From Lingula anatina (taxonomy: Eukaryota > Animalia > Brachiopoda): a stretch of DNA of 64,000 nt. How positions within the stretch are numbered: position 1 is the first letter of the stretch; each line of letters opens with the position of its first letter. The DNA is taken from contig CM120640.1 of NCBI GenBank assembly GCA_051362555.1, forward strand, positions 18,662,001 through 18,726,000, given 5' to 3'. The position numbers and the translations under genes were made by a program. This document shows positions 47,701 to 62,400 of this stretch, piece after piece. The notes below the pieces were generated by a model, which did no database searches, was not told the DNA's origin, and worked only from the letters and a program-made list of their open reading frames with translations.

Positions 47701-50066
47701 AGATTTTATTCTTGTGATATATTTAGTATATTGAAAAAAAAGGAAATAAAAAGTTGAATATGATATGAACCAATTTAATGGCAATTTTCCTTTCATAGTG
47801 TGTATGTGTTTTACTTGGCCTTGAGTTGTACTCTAATGGGATATTCATTACTGGTTGCAGGGAATTATTACAGTTTGCGCTGTCAGCATGAGAAAGCTGT
47901 GTTGTACTTTCAACGTGCCTTAAAGCTAAACCCACGCTATCTCTCAGCGTGGACACTGATGGGCCATGAATTTATGGAAATGAAAAATACATCTGCAGCT
48001 ATTCAGGCATACAGACAGGCAATAGGTAGGTGATACCGTTTCATTGACTTGGAACATTGCATATATCTCATCATGATTTTTTTTAAAGATAAAAACTACT
48101 GTTTAGTCACACTGAATAATTGGTGACAGTCTGGTTTTGTTTTTGATTGTATATTGTGTTCTTGCTCTTCAGAGGTCAACCTGAGTATTGTATTTGAAGT
48201 ATTTTGCTTACATGTTTTTTGGTTTTCAGAGGTCAATCGCAGAGACTACAGGGCCTGGTATGGACTGGGGCAAACCTATGAAATCTTGAAAATGCCATTT
48301 TATTGTCTGTATTATTACAGACAAGCCCAGATGCTGAAGTAAGTGTCTTCTCTTAAGGTAGCTGCTGGGAAAATAAATATTTCTGCAGCAAATATTTATA
48401 AATCCCATAACTTTTTTTAAATGCTTAATTACAAGCTTATTGAAATATCAACTCAGTGTAGATCCATACAGAACAAATTAGAATTTGCAGTGTATAGCCT
48501 CAGTTGTGTCAGTTGTTCGTTATTGAACCTACTGACTCACTAGAATTAATTCCAAAAAGCTACCAGTAAAACAAGTTATTCTTTTAGATTAGGTGGTTTG
48601 CATCTTTTCATCCTTTTTATTTCAGACCAAATGATTCTAGGATGATTGTAGCCCTTGGAGAATGCTATGAAAAGCTGGACCGTCTTCAAGAAGCCAAGAA
48701 GTGTTTTTGGAAGGCACATGCCATGGGAGACCAGGAAGGAACACTGGCACTTATCAAGCTGGCAAAGTTAGTCTACTAAAGCATAAGCTCATGCAGTGAT
48801 TTGAATAGTATTTAAAGTGGCATTCAGTTAAAATGGTAATTATAAGACTGAGGAGATTATAGTAATTGATAAGGTCTATTTATTCACACGTCTTACTATT
48901 TTCATTATTGTAGTTTTCCCCAGTTCTTTAAATTTATTTAGATTTTTTTAGCAATAAGATGTTTAATCTAAGCTTTGATACTAATTCAGGTTGTATGAAC
49001 GTCTTAGTGAAGAAGACCAAGCTGCTGCAGCCTATACTGACTATATCAATGAAACCATACGCACTGGAGTAGGTAGCATCACTCTTTTACTGTAACAAGA
49101 TATGAAGACATTTGAAATTGCTCATAGAATTCCCCCCCTTTTTTCCAAACTTGATAAACTATAATTGTAATAAATGTTAAATGTTTTGATGATTATATGG
49201 GAAACAGTTTTGAGGTTGTTGTTAAAACATCTCTTGCAATTCACAGCTATGAAATTTTCATATGTTGGCATATCTTATGTGGGTTCTTCACAGCTTCTTT
49301 AACATTTTCAGGCATTCAGCACAGATGAACAAGCCCATGCTTACAAGTACCTGGCCAACTATCACATCAAGCACAATCAGTTAGATGATGCTTATATTGC
49401 TGCCCAGAAGTGCACAGAATATAATGAGGTAATGTACCTATGCCCGTAATGAGGAGTGAGTGAATGTTTTGGAAGAAAATACTACTGAACAAGTTTGCAA
49501 AGACATGCAATGAGCATAAAACTTTTATACAGCAAATTTTATTTTTCTTAGAAATCTTCTTTTCCTGTTAGTTTCTTTCATACTGGAGAAAATAGTGAAT
49601 TTTATTAAATAGAAATTAAGAGTGTAAAAGATTTCTAGATTGCAATTATCTCAACAGACTGGATGTGCTATGCATTGGTGAAATAGGGAAGATTGCTTTT
49701 AATTCACTTTTTATTTATTTTTTTACTTATAATATATAAAGGTCCATTGTGAACTTTACAGCCTTAGATAAGTTTGCACTCAGACTGCCTGTACAAATAT
49801 CCCAAAGCTCACAGAAATATGCCAAAATATTGAATTGACATTTCTCAGCTCGGTAAAAAAATTGTTGCTTTCAGACTAGAGAAGAGGGTAAAGCACTTCT
49901 TCGACAGATAGCGAGACTGCGTCCCCTTGCAGATGGTGCAAATCTTATGAACACAGATGATGTGGGATCAGTAATAACCACTAGAATACGCCCAGAGGTT
50001 GACGACATGGCCACCCCACCTGTTAACAGACTTGCACCTATCAATTTGACTTTTCACACACCTTAA
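41752..50066 (+). CDS. CDC23: Cell division cycle protein 23 (APC/C subunit 8), 582 aa, 14 exons
   Basis: Exons 41752-41852, 44548-44620, 44829-45009, 45152-45251, 45550-45682, 46884-47061, 47249-47346, 47537-47618, 47861-48025, 48230-48338, 48626-48766, 48990-49068, 49312-49428, 49875-50066 total 1749 nt. Motifs [77 protein letters not shown]. Confidence 0.96.
41930..42195. repeat. Subterminal-type array of ~15-bp GTCC(T)-containing repeats, probable DNA transposon end
   Basis: GC-richer tract with recurring atgtcc/gtcctg/tcctag units in CDC23 intron 1. Confidence 0.45.
43240..43935 (-). mobile_element. Decayed Gypsy-type integrase split by spliceosomal introns (Ginger1/GIN-like DNA transposon relic) in CDC23 intron 1
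   Basis: Three minus-strand segments, each preceded by a polypyrimidine-AG: [57 protein letters not shown]...MYG(R). GT donors at ~43488 and ~43245. Confidence 0.65.
46095..46700 (-). mobile_element. Decayed Crypton/DUF3504-type tyrosine recombinase fragment in CDC23 intron 5
   Basis: Frameshifted segments [52 protein letters not shown]...[23 protein letters not shown]...[12 protein letters not shown]...LYNR. Confidence 0.8.
46642..46889. repeat. Perfect 122-bp tandem duplication covering the CDC23 exon-6 acceptor
   Basis: ctcatattaagtatgcc...ttttttaagctctca occurs at 46642 and again at 46764. Confidence 0.9.
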
Positions 50067-50684
50067 TGTTTTGTACTGGTGTGCTTTATTCAAAGTTACT
50101 GGCATCTCAGCCCTTGTGCTTTTTCGAGTTTGGAATCGACAAATGGAGAAGAAACTGTCAGTGGGGAAAATTGTTATTATCAGTTGTGCCTTTATGAAAT
50201 GGATTTTCAATTGTTCGAAGAAGAAAGCATTCCGATACTTAGCATATAAATTTATTTATTTGCAAAAACTTATCTTAACATAATTCTTACATGGAATATG
50301 TGCAGAATTGTGAGTAAATTGTTAATTATTTTTGAAATAACTACTTAAGCACTTCAAAGCTTATATAAATATTAATTATAATATTATTTAAATGCATTCT
50401 TATACATACTTTGGCACATTGGACATAAAAAGCAAGTTTCTTTCTACTGTAAAGACATATATAAAGGGACTTTTTCTGAGAAATTAATTTCAAATGTTCA
50501 CCACTGTCTTTGGAAGACGAGTTTTGAAACTGTTGATCAAACTCGTAAGATGGACGGATAACGCACTGGCACATCTATCAAAAACTTGTGTAACCATTTT
50601 CTTTCTGCATCTTGAGGACTACTGATCATGCCTCATATTAATCATAGACACTTTGCATTATAAAGACTTTCAACCAGTCCAATA

Positions 50685-53600
50685 TTAAACCATAAACTTC
50701 TTGACTGCAGTTGGTGGAAGTGGTTTGATGGGATTCAACTTTTCCTCGTGGACAGGAGAGCCAGGAAGGGGCTGGAGTCTGTTTAGGGAAGGTGAGCTGG
50801 TGTATTTCGTGGGGCCTTTGTCTCCTTTCTTCTTTGGCTGAAAAAGAAATAAAATACTTTATAAAACTGGAAAAAAAGTGAAATAAAAACTGGCGTTTCT
50901 TTCAAATTACTTTTCACCTGAATGATCCAGTCCTGTTACTAGACTGGATATATATTTATACTACACTCAAATAATTGGTCAACACTGAGATGTCACCAAA
51001 GGAGCACCTGATTGTAGAAAGGAAGCAAAGCAGGGCTGTTTCCTATAGGTTTTTTACATACTGATGTTGGAATTCTCACCTTCATAAATGGATTGAGCAC
51101 CCCTACATTAGGCTGTGTATTAAACACTTTGTTGAAGTTGGTTTCTCTATTGACCAATTCCAACTGATAATATTTCTTCTCATCTTCCAGTCTTTTCATG
51201 TACTCCTCCCTATCTTCGAGGGCCTTTTGCAACTGTTTTATCATTTCCAAATCTTCTGGTCTTGACTCCCTGTTCCTGTAGTTATCTTCTGCTTCTTCGA
51301 GCCTGCAAAGGTAAAATTGTTTGAGAATTATAAAGAAGGCAAGCATTTTTCCACGCAACTTTTTAATCAAATAAAAAAAGTTTTTAAAAAATTAAAGGAT
51401 TCTGCCATGACTGGTCTTAGAATGTCATTAATTTTCAACCATTTCAAAACATTAAGTGTGTATACTTACATGATTTGCAATGCAGAAATCTTGTCCTTGA
51501 GCAAATCCTGTGCCCTGTTGAATTCTCCCAGCATGTCTTGAGTCTCCCTTAGATGATCTGCAGACAAACTGTTGACTTGCTCTTCATGCTGCTGAGCAAG
51601 TTGTTCTTCACGTTTCCTACAGTTTTAAGTTGTTTTATTAAAATGAGCAATTTCCTGCACAACTTGATTAATTTATATGCTAATTTTTCCTCATGACTTA
51701 CACATTAAAAAAAAATTTTTTTTGTTAATTTTTTCTGTTTACACTCGAGTAAAGAACAATACTCTTTTTTAATTAATCAATTATTGATGATATCTACGAT
51801 TATATATTCTTATTCCCAATGTATTCTAAATTGTTCTGTATACATACCTAAGTTGCTGGTTTGCTTCACTCCTGATCTTGAGTATCTCTTTGCCTTTGAA
51901 TTCTACCTCTCTCCTCATCTGGTCCAAGCCTTCTTGAACCTGCCTTATCTCTGCTTCCAAATTGGATATGTGTTTTTCCCTGTGCCGCACCTCCTCTTGA
52001 AGTTCAGTAGACCTAATTTCAAAGTCTCTTTCCTAAAAATAGTATTAATGTAATAATTATAATTTTATTCCTTTTCTACTCTGGGGCATTATAATATAAG
52101 TCAAATATGTATCTCTTCTCTGAAAGAATGGTAAAAAAATATTTGACATGAAAACAAACCAAGTCCTTGATAATATCTAAAATAGTATGTTGAAACGTTC
52201 ATCATTATCAAAATATAATCTTGCATACCTTTTGTTTTGAAAGCTCTATGGCTCTTTCAAGCTCCATTCTGGCAGCATTCATCTGTGTATTGTGAGCCTT
52301 GTTCATTTGCTCCAACTCCATTGCATGTCTGTGAGCAAGCTCTGACTTCAGTGTTTCTACAAGCAGGCATGATTTTGGGTCATAAGGAATGTTTTTATTC
52401 AGTGAAAAAATATACCATTTAAAACACTAAAAAAGTAACAGTATGTCACAGTACAAAAATGATATATATAAGTTTAAAAGCTAATTTTCCATGTATTGAA
52501 AAATATATATATATTCTCTCCATTAACTTTATCAGACAGGATAAAACTTTCAGATATCTCATTATTCTAAAAACAAACCTTTTTCTGACAAGTGAATCTT
52601 ATGCTGTGTTTCCAGGTCCTGATCTCTCTGTTTATCCGCCTGATCTTTCACTGATTCAATCAGGGCCTTCTGTGCCTTTATAGTATTGCTCATTTCTTCC
52701 ATGTGCTTAGATGTAAGAGTCCTCTCCATTTCCTAAAAGTGGGAAAGGCAAAATTTTATCCAAAACTGTTTAAATTTGTTTAATAAGAAGTAAGTACAAA
52801 AAAAAAAAAAAAAAAAAAAAAAGAGTACTATAAAATTTAAATGGTTAATATCAACTTTGTTTTAATGACTATAGCACTCACATGTGAAAGGTGAATTAAT
52901 CAGGAGTCTTTTTGCTTAAATTACCTCAACTTCCTTGATTCTTTGAGCTTCAAGATTTTTGATCTTCTCAGCATGAATTCTCTCTAGAGCTTCAACCTTC
53001 TTAGCATACTCATCTGCTGCCTCATTCATTTGGTCCCTCAGACGCTTTTCCTCGGCAGCTGCCTTCTGTTTAAGATCAGCTAGGAGTTCTGAAGACTCAC
53101 TGGATTTGGCATCTATATTCCTTTTGAGCATAGATATCTGCAATTACATAAACAATGTCAGTTAACAGAGCCAAATACCCATATTCATTACTTTTTAGTC
53201 GATCATAAGCAGACAAGCTGCAAGGTCACAATGCAACGATGTAATTACAATGTAATATATGATGTCATCAAAAAGTCATAATCACCATGCACAATAAATT
53301 CAAAAAGATTTAAGATAAAATGTATTTAAGTTATAACAGTCTTACCTCATCCAGCAACTGAGTAACTTTCCTCTCCCAGCCCTCTCTGGCTGCTGCTATT
53401 TCTTCATCCTTCATCTTAGCTAGCTGCTGTAAGGCTGCACGCTTGTCCTCCTCTTTCTGCTCAGTTAACTCAGATCTCAGCTTCAAACACTCTTTCCTAA
53501 TAATTAAGATTTAACAAATTGAATTTTAGTAAAATACCCATAACACATAAATTACTGTATATATAATATGCATTAACAATGCATATCAATTATGGGAGAA

Positions 53601-56600
53601 CATTGCCTTTGCTAAAGAAATAATTTTGAGACTAAAAATTAAATACACACTTCCTTAAATAGTAAATGACAAAATTGGTATAATCCTACGCCCTTTTACC
53701 TCAAAGTGTCTGTCCATTTTGCATCCAAATCTTTGGAGAGTTGATCCAATTTTGTCTTTAATTCTAACTGTGCCTCCCTCATCTTAGTGTCATGTATGGC
53801 TCTCAGTTTCTCCAGCTCAGCCTGTAGGTTGGACTTTTGGTTTGACACTGCACGGAGCTCGGCTTTGGTGCTATCCAGCTCTGCTTTTAGTTTATCACTG
53901 ACTTCCTTCAAACTGTCAATATGTGAGGATGCAGAGCCCAGACCTTGCTCACTCTCTTTAACCAGTTTCTCAAGCCGCCTCACCTAGAGTATTTTAACAC
54001 ACAGTAAACATTACAGGTTCTTCTCTATGTTTTAACATTAAAACAGCAGTGTATTATGATTAATTTCATAAAAGATCAAATCATGTGTCATCATTGAATT
54101 GCAAACTGAAATATTCTTATATTTATTAGTTGATGAAGATTATTCGACATCCATTTCAATTTTTTATCTAAACAAATTTTTCTATCTATTTGTTGACCTT
54201 TATTGTCTGTCCATAAATGATTACAATATTCATAGTAATAGCTATTGAAAGGCACTGTTATTTCAGAAATTAGTGTAAAAAATGGAATAACTATTCATAT
54301 TTTTACATAAGTACAACATTTTAAATCTTAACATGCATATAAAAACCTACCTCCTCTTCTGCAGTCTTCAATTTATGACTAAGATCTCCCTGTACTCTTT
54401 CATGTTCTGCTTTCATGGAGGTGATCTCTTCATTATGTTGTTTTTGGAGTGCTTCTATTTTATCCTGGTTTTCCTGGAAAAAATTTCAAATATCAAAGTA
54501 AGTGCTGTTCATGCTGTCATTATTCATTATTTAAGTCAAAGGTTATTTTTATTTTTGATTAAAGCGAGTGCTATCAATACACATTTACAGGGAAAATTAT
54601 GTTGACATGAATAATTTATGATTACAAATTGAAATAGCATCAATATTTAAAATTCTGACCTGCCAACACTCATTTTTATTTTGTTTTGTTTTTATTTTGA
54701 CACTAAGATGTGGAAATTATGTATATCTAGAGACTGGTAAAATTATTATACCTTTTTCAACTGTGTAATCATTTCTGTAGATGCTTTCCTCTGGTTTTCC
54801 AACTCCTCTTTGTGCTTCTTTTTCAGCTCCATCATTTCAGCCTCATGGTTGTTTTGAAGTTCCCTTTCCCGTTTGGCATGGGACTCCTCAAGACTATTAA
54901 GGTCCCTCTCATACCTTTCTTTAAGAGCCTGTTTCTCAAGTGACAAATCTTCAAGGGACTGCAATTATATTGAAACTAATAAATATCATTTGACAAACTT
55001 GAACATATTTTATTTCAAACAAAATAAAAAACCTAAAACACTGTTTTTGCAATAATTTTAAACACTTTATACATCTCTGATCTGACCATGCAAATAATTA
55101 ATTAAGAAAAAAAATCCCTTGAAAGACTACACCTACCCTCTCCAGTGATTTAAGTTGGTGATTCTTCTCTTCCTCTTGACTTAGTGTCTTGTTTTGCAAA
55201 CCTTCTCTCTCCTTTTCCAGCCATGCAGACCTGTCTTTTAGCTTTGATAACTGAGATTCTAAGTCTTTGATGGTTGCTTCATTCTGAAGTCTAGTTGCCT
55301 CTAACTGCCCAAGAAGGGCTGTTAAATACAAAAAGAAATATGGTTAAAGACATATGATGGTAGTGCTTTAAAAAATGGACACTATCAGAAATTTATATCT
55401 ATGAATTCAAGAAAACATTACATTAAAATGAACAATCCACATTTTCACTGAGAACAATTTTGATTTATGCTCTAGTTACAACATCAATCACACACTGTAT
55501 GTGTAATAATTGAGGCACAACCAAAATATCCAAGGGAAAATGCTTTAAACAATAGCATAGTTGTATTTCACTTGGAATACAGTGAAACATACACCTCGTG
55601 CAAAATACAGTGAAACTATCTTCTCGTTCAAAGCGCCAAATGTGGAATAATTCTTCAAATGTTCAGATAACCTACATGTGACACAAACTGATATATAAAA
55701 CACAAAGCAATCCACTTACTTGACTTTTTCAGCATGTCTGCTGCCTGTTCTGAACATCTTTCCTTGGAAGCAGCTAGCTCTCCTTCAACCTCTTTCAATC
55801 TGGTGATGGCCTGTGCTGTCTCATGCTTTGCATCTGACAACTATAATACATTAAAAATAATAAAAGTTATAAAAGATCTCAAATGCAGTAATAATTACGC
55901 CAGGTGTATTTTGTTTTCACTTTAACCCTTAATCTTTGCACTTAAGGAGTTCAGGATATTTTGCAATTTTGCAATTAATAATTTTATTACATTCTGATTT
56001 CATTTCAAGAGAAAAAAAAAATTCCAATCATTGTCAAGAACACAACTACCAGGGAAAAAATTGAATACCAAATTTTTACCTTGCTCCCTTTTTTTATTAT
56101 AAATATTTAAATGCAAAACAAAACTTTTAATGCATCAGGTTTAAAATCTGCACACAGCACGATGATTTTTATAATGACAATTCCTTTTCCAAGCACAATA
56201 TTTAATTACTGACCTGTCTACTGAGTGTATCAGAGTCACTGCTTCTGTCTTGGATCATCTTTTCATAATTTTGTAGCTGTTCTTTTTGCTTTGCAATTTC
56301 ATCCTCTGACCGAGAAAGTTGTTCAATTAAGTCATCAATTCTCTTTTTAAACTGTCCTTCTTGGTAAGCAAAGTCTTTCTTTATCTTATCCTGTTGAGCT
56401 AACAGATCTGAAATCCGACTTTCCATGTCAGAGTTTTGTGCATTCCGTAATACATCCAGCTCTTTGTCATAAAATGCTTTAGCTTTGCTCAGCTTATCCT
56501 CATAGTCATCAGCTATTTTCTTTTTATCGCCATTTAGCTCCTCTATCTGTCCTTTCAGCTGGTCTATTTGTTGGGAGTATAGTTGTTCTAACCTTTCCCT

Positions 56601-58583
56601 TTCCTTTGATAGATCACTTTGCTGTGAATTCTGTGCATTTCTTAAATCCTCCAATTCTTTTGCATGCACCTTTTTCAGATTTTCAAGAGCTGTCCTTTGG
56701 TTAGACTCAAAGTCAGCTTTTACTTGATCAAATTTACTCAGCTGCTCTTCAAAATGTTTCTTTATAGTTAGCACCTCTTGAGACAACTGAATGACTTTCT
56801 GAGACTCCTCAGTTTTTAATTGCATTTCCCGTTCTTCGGCTCTTCTTTTAAAATTTTGAAAATCTTCCAGTGCTTGCTGTTTCTGCTGCTGGTGTTCTGT
56901 AGCAAGTGCTTCCAAGGCTGTGATTTTCTTTTTGAGTTCAACGTCCCCACCCATTCGGGTGCGGTAGTTTTCCAATTTGACTCTTGTTTCTGTGATAAGT
57001 TGTTGCATTTCCTCTTCATGATGATCTTTGATACTCTGAATGACTGCTTCATGCTCATCATTTTTAGTGTTGAGTGCATAAATAACCTAAAAAACAGAAA
57101 GAATACCATAAAAATTTTAAATCAAAACTATGATAATGGCTGAGAAATCTACATACAAACCTGAAAAGAATGATCTTAAATTCCAAATATAAGTATAATT
57201 GGTTAACTTTTGAAATATCTGGCACCAATCCAGTCACAATATCAGATTTTTCCTAAATTTAAGAATGATGCATGTTTGTCCATGGCATAAATTTAAAAAA
57301 ATCACCTAACCTCAAACCATATGTACAGCAATTTGTATGAATCTCTATTGCAAAAAGATTAAACAAAAGAGTGAAATGACTCTAAATTAGACTAGTAGTT
57401 TTAAAAATACTGTTATAAAAGGGAACAAATATCATCACCCGAAAGTAAATAATTAATCTGACAGAAAAGTGCTTTTTAACATCTGTGAAACCTTTTTGGT
57501 TTTTCATTTTACATTTCAAAATATGATGGAATGGCCCTTAGATAAGCAAAAAGTCAGAGTACATTGAATAAATCACTTATGTAAGGGCATTTACTGTCTT
57601 AATTGAACAGAACCCAGCATGTGTGCACCATTCACAGCAGGCTACTGCTAACTGAAAATAAACCTTGACATTTGCCCATCTAAATATCAGGAAAATGGAT
57701 ATGTGCAAATCCAGTAAAATGTGCCCCATGGCACCAGTTTGACATTAGTCAAGACTTAATCTTTCAATCATCAGCTGCCTTAATGGCCAAGTTTGGAAGC
57801 AATTTTGCTAGGTGTATAGAATTACTAACCTACTACCCTGGAACTTAATCAGAATCTGGTTTGATTTTCACTAGTTCTTTTTTCCAATCCTTAAAAGTTT
57901 CCTTCAAGCTTGACACCATGCCCTCGCTCATTTTGACATTTAAAGAAGGAAATATTTTTCACCTACTTTATTTTTTCTTCTGTGCCGACAATTGAGTAAC
58001 ACTTAATTAGCAAACTAATCTATTATTACAGATCACAGATTTAATTCAGTAAAGTGAAAATACAGACACATGCACTTGTAATATTGTAAGGTCAAAAGTG
58101 TTGCCAAATTTAATACATGTATAAATAAGACAGATTAACATTATTATTATTAATTTCCAACATTGAACTGTCATCGAGCTGTCAAAACCTCGATTTGTGC
58201 CATTGTTTACAATACAATATGTATCCACTAGTTATATTCTTGACCGAATAACCAGAGATGACATTCCCATTTACTGTATATTCAATGTATTGCAAGACAA
58301 ATACTACACTATTAGTAATTGTGTTTGGTAGCACTATATTCAATACATAAAAACAATGGAGTGCCAGAGTTGGAGAATGGTGACATTCTTGATCACACTC
58401 ACTGGCTACCTTATACTGTAACAACTGGGCAGCTGATATTACCTTGGTAAGCTGTGCGATTTTCTTTGACATCTTAAGGTGCATATCCTGAGTGATTTCG
58501 GCATCCTTAGGGTTTGTCTGAGGTAGAGTGCCATATTTTCCGTTCTGATAAAAGTTGTGTGCCATTTTGGCACCGGACGCCAT
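50685..58583 (-). CDS. FAM184A: FAM184A/B-like long coiled-coil protein (~15 exons)
   Basis: Exon 1 (58583-58443) ends ITQDMHLKMSKKIAQLTK and is spliced to exon 2 (57086-56214) VIYALNTKNDEHE, the FAM184 signature. Many coiled-coil exons follow. C-terminal YRNRESRPEDL...YYQLELVNRETNFNKVFN. Last exon ~50837-50685. Confidence 0.9.
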
Positions 58584-59463
58584 GATGGATTCTGCCGAGT
58601 TACTCCCGTCTCCGCAAAACAAAGTCGTTCTTCGTTTGCCAATAATATTTGGATACATTTGTATTTTTACAGACCGTATGCAAATATTGAGAAAGAACAA
58701 ACATTATGTTGTAAAAATAACCCTTCTTAAAGGCCCAATATCCCCAAATAATTCAAAATAATTTTAGCGCAGGAATATTTTCACCTGATAAATAGTCCGA
58801 CTGTACACAGTTATGTTGTTGCTATGACGGTTGACAGGTGCGAGGTCAAAGTGAAACACATTTGCAAGTAGTCACAACCGCACATGGATGCGATTGCGTT
58901 CGAGTTCTTGGCGATATTATCGTATTTGATCGTTATTTCACAGGCTTTGGCGGGGGGAACTTAATGTTGAACTTTTGAGCGAAAATTTAGATAATTTTTC
59001 TTTTTGATTAGAGCACAGAAAATGAAGGACCCCTCTTTCCTTACCTCATAATTATTTGAACACATAAACGTCCATCAGCTTTCAAGAATATCAAATATAA
59101 AACTGTCAAATAAGTCCCCCAAAACAGTTAATAGAATATTTAGAAGAATAAAATTTACATTTTAATTAAAATTACATCAAATAAGAATAAGACCATCTTC
59201 ATTTACAGAATAAATGCATTTTAAAATGTTTATTTCCAACAAGTATTTGTGTTTGCAATCAAGCTACAACTTTCTAAAGAAATACAAGTATCAATATAGT
59301 TCTGTAAGGGAAACAACTTGCAAGGTTCCAGTGACCTGCTAGTTTACCATTTATAATAACTGTTTTTAATTCACAGTCATGTCAAATATAAATGCATCAC
59401 ACTCAAAAATCTACACAAATTCACATTTTGCGTAATTCTGATCATTAGTCGTAGCAAAGTTCG

Positions 59464-62400
59464 TTAAAGATCATACTGCTTAGGAGTCTTAATCCTTCTT
59501 GTTCTGGTGGCAGCAATGCTGGTAAGCACAGGTTTAGATGTGGTGGAATATGACACGATAGCTGTTGATGGAGCTTTGTTTGAAGGTTTACTACTGCTTG
59601 AGCCAGAACTTGATCTCACAAGAGTATTTGTGCTGGCTGGAGATGTAGTTCTGTTAGGTGAGGGTGTAGATGTTTGTTGGAGAGTGGATGCAATGCTATG
59701 AAATCCAGACACTGGAAGTTGAGATGGGATGACAGTTGTAACAGCATGACCTGCCTCCTTTGTGATAGGCTTTGAGGTTTCCATGAGGGAAGAGACTTTG
59801 CCCAATGTCTCAGTTGAAATGACCAAATGTGTCACAGGCTTAGATATGTCTTTGCTAAATGTGGAAGCCAGTCCACTTTGGCTGGTTCCAACCGGCTGTC
59901 TTAAAGACGAGACTGTTGTTATTCCAGAGCTTGGCGTGCTGTTGCCAACTTGCCTGGATACACTGGAAAGTGTAACCAAGGTACTAGATGTGGACGATGC
60001 TGAAGAGGCTAACAGACTCTTGGTCAGTGAGAGGTGTGTGGTTCCCCCCTCACTTCCTGGGTTCAATTTCTTCAGTTCTATGCTAGGAGTGCTGAGAATC
60101 TTAGCCTGGGTGAAAGCAACAGTGCCAGTGCTACTGCTTATAGCTGCTGTAGTTAATGGAAAATCATGATATTGTAATCTCTGTATGGCCTGCACTTTCT
60201 CATGATCAGGACTGGCTAGGTTTGAGGAAGACTTCTGCTTTGAGTATGCTGACAGCTGATTCAGGGTTAGCTTAGAAGACACTGAAGGAATTGAAGTGAT
60301 TGTCCTTAATGCTGAGGCATCTGTCTGCTCCTGAGTCACTTTAGTCCCAGATGTAAGTAGCTGCTGTATCTGTGTAACTGTGGTTGATGCAGTGGTCATA
60401 TGGAATGGTATCCCAGCTATACTCTTCAATGGGCTCCTCTGACGCGCATATGCTGCCAGTGTAGTTAGTGTGTCTGGCAGAGTTGAAGCTGAAGATAAAG
60501 ATGATGATGATGATGGTATACCAGATGAGTGCAGCCCTACTGCACTACTTAAAGATATGGGACTCAAGGCTTTTCCAATTCCACTTTGATTGGCAATATG
60601 AGTGCTTACTGTCAATGGGATTGATTGGCTAGTTCCACCACCACTGGTTAATTTTTGTCCTTGTCCGTTTGTATTTTCTGTGGTCAGTGGTCTTTGACCT
60701 GTGAGCAAACCAGCTAGTTCCACAGAACCCCTTGCTGGTGACATAGGAATGGACCCACTTGTTGCTGTTGAAAAGTCAGAAGATGAACTGAGGGACCGCT
60801 GAGCTTTTCTTTTTGTTGGTACTACAGGAGTTGATGTGTTAACAGGACTCTTACTTCTTTTGCGTTTCACAGCTGCTCTTTTACCTAAATACACAGATTA
60901 AAATTTGTCAAAGTCACAATGTTCAATATTCATGGTAATATAATGTTAAACATCAGCAGTTCCCAACACAGCTAAATTATTTTCATGATAAAAAAGTTCA
61001 ATAGCTGAACTTCTATAAAAACAATTATAAAAGCTTTTCATATGAAATAAAATGATCAATACCTACTATCTACACATTTAAAAATATAATGACTATCTAA
61101 ACACATGTATTTTACTTATATTTTTATACCTTTCACCGTATCCTCAGGTGATACTTTCAGTGGGCTCCTTGGCTCTGTGCTTGCTGCAGAGGAATGGCTG
61201 ACAGTTCTGCTCCTAGCTTTTGGCTTGGGGCTCAAAGGTGTACCTGGGAGGCTTTGCAAACTCTGCAACAATAACAAACCATAAAATCTTATATGTTTAT
61301 AAGTTACAGTAGGGAAACAAAGGAAAAATTAAATAAGTTCATGTGAAATAACATGTACTCAGTTCTAAAATACAAAATAAGAGCAGGTATTGAAAAATCA
61401 TTTATTTCAAAGTTGCAAATAAATGTTTAATTATTCATCTAAATATTTTTGTGTTAAGAAGGTGCAAGACATATGAGATAAATATACCTAAAATAATATC
61501 AGATCGATCAGAAAGTAGAAGAGATACTTAAAGGTATTTATTTCAACACTGTATCTTACCTCTCCTGGTGTTGAAGGTGTACCCACTCTGTGGAGAGTAG
61601 GTGACGATGTATCACTACGCATTTCCAATGAGAGATCGCGTGAGACTTTTCTTTTCTTCTTTTTGCGAACATCATTTTCAGTCACAAACTCTGGTACATC
61701 TGCACTGGAACCTGCAGATTGAGTTAGGACACCACCCAAGAAGTCAGCTATTTCATCCTGAATAATAAATCACATCTAGAGAATAAAGAAACATAACAGC
61801 TCCAATAAAATTGTCAAACTTATTTTAAGAAAGCTTGTCCTGCCAAATACTGAACATGCTCCATACCCATCTCCATGCCCCATACCCATCTCCATACTCT
61901 ATCTGCAAATTTTTATCCACAAATATATTTCAACACAAACCTGTATACATCTATCCACAACACTCTGTGTAATTCCCTCCTGCTTTTTCTTTGTTCTTGA
62001 CACTCTTAACTGATCGTCAGCTCCCCCTACAACAATCAGACTGTTTTCCGACTTCATCTTCTCTCTCAGATCTTCTATGTCATCAATGCTACATGTAGTA
62101 GAATGTTGCCCTATCACAAATAGTGTGGGGGTCCTGCTGTCTAACAGTGGATCATCTACATCCTGAATCAAAATAATCGAAATATACTAATATACTAATT
62201 TAAAAATAAATTTAAAAAGTCACTAGTTTTTGAATTAGTGTCTCAATAAGACTTCATGAAGCTCAAAACAAATTTTGCATTTTACTTTACAATTACTTAT
62301 CGCAGCATAGAGTAATTATTCTTATGGCGACGCTATAACTTGTAAATCAAATGAGCATGATAAATCTAAGAATTTTATAAATTGTGAACTTCAACTTACC

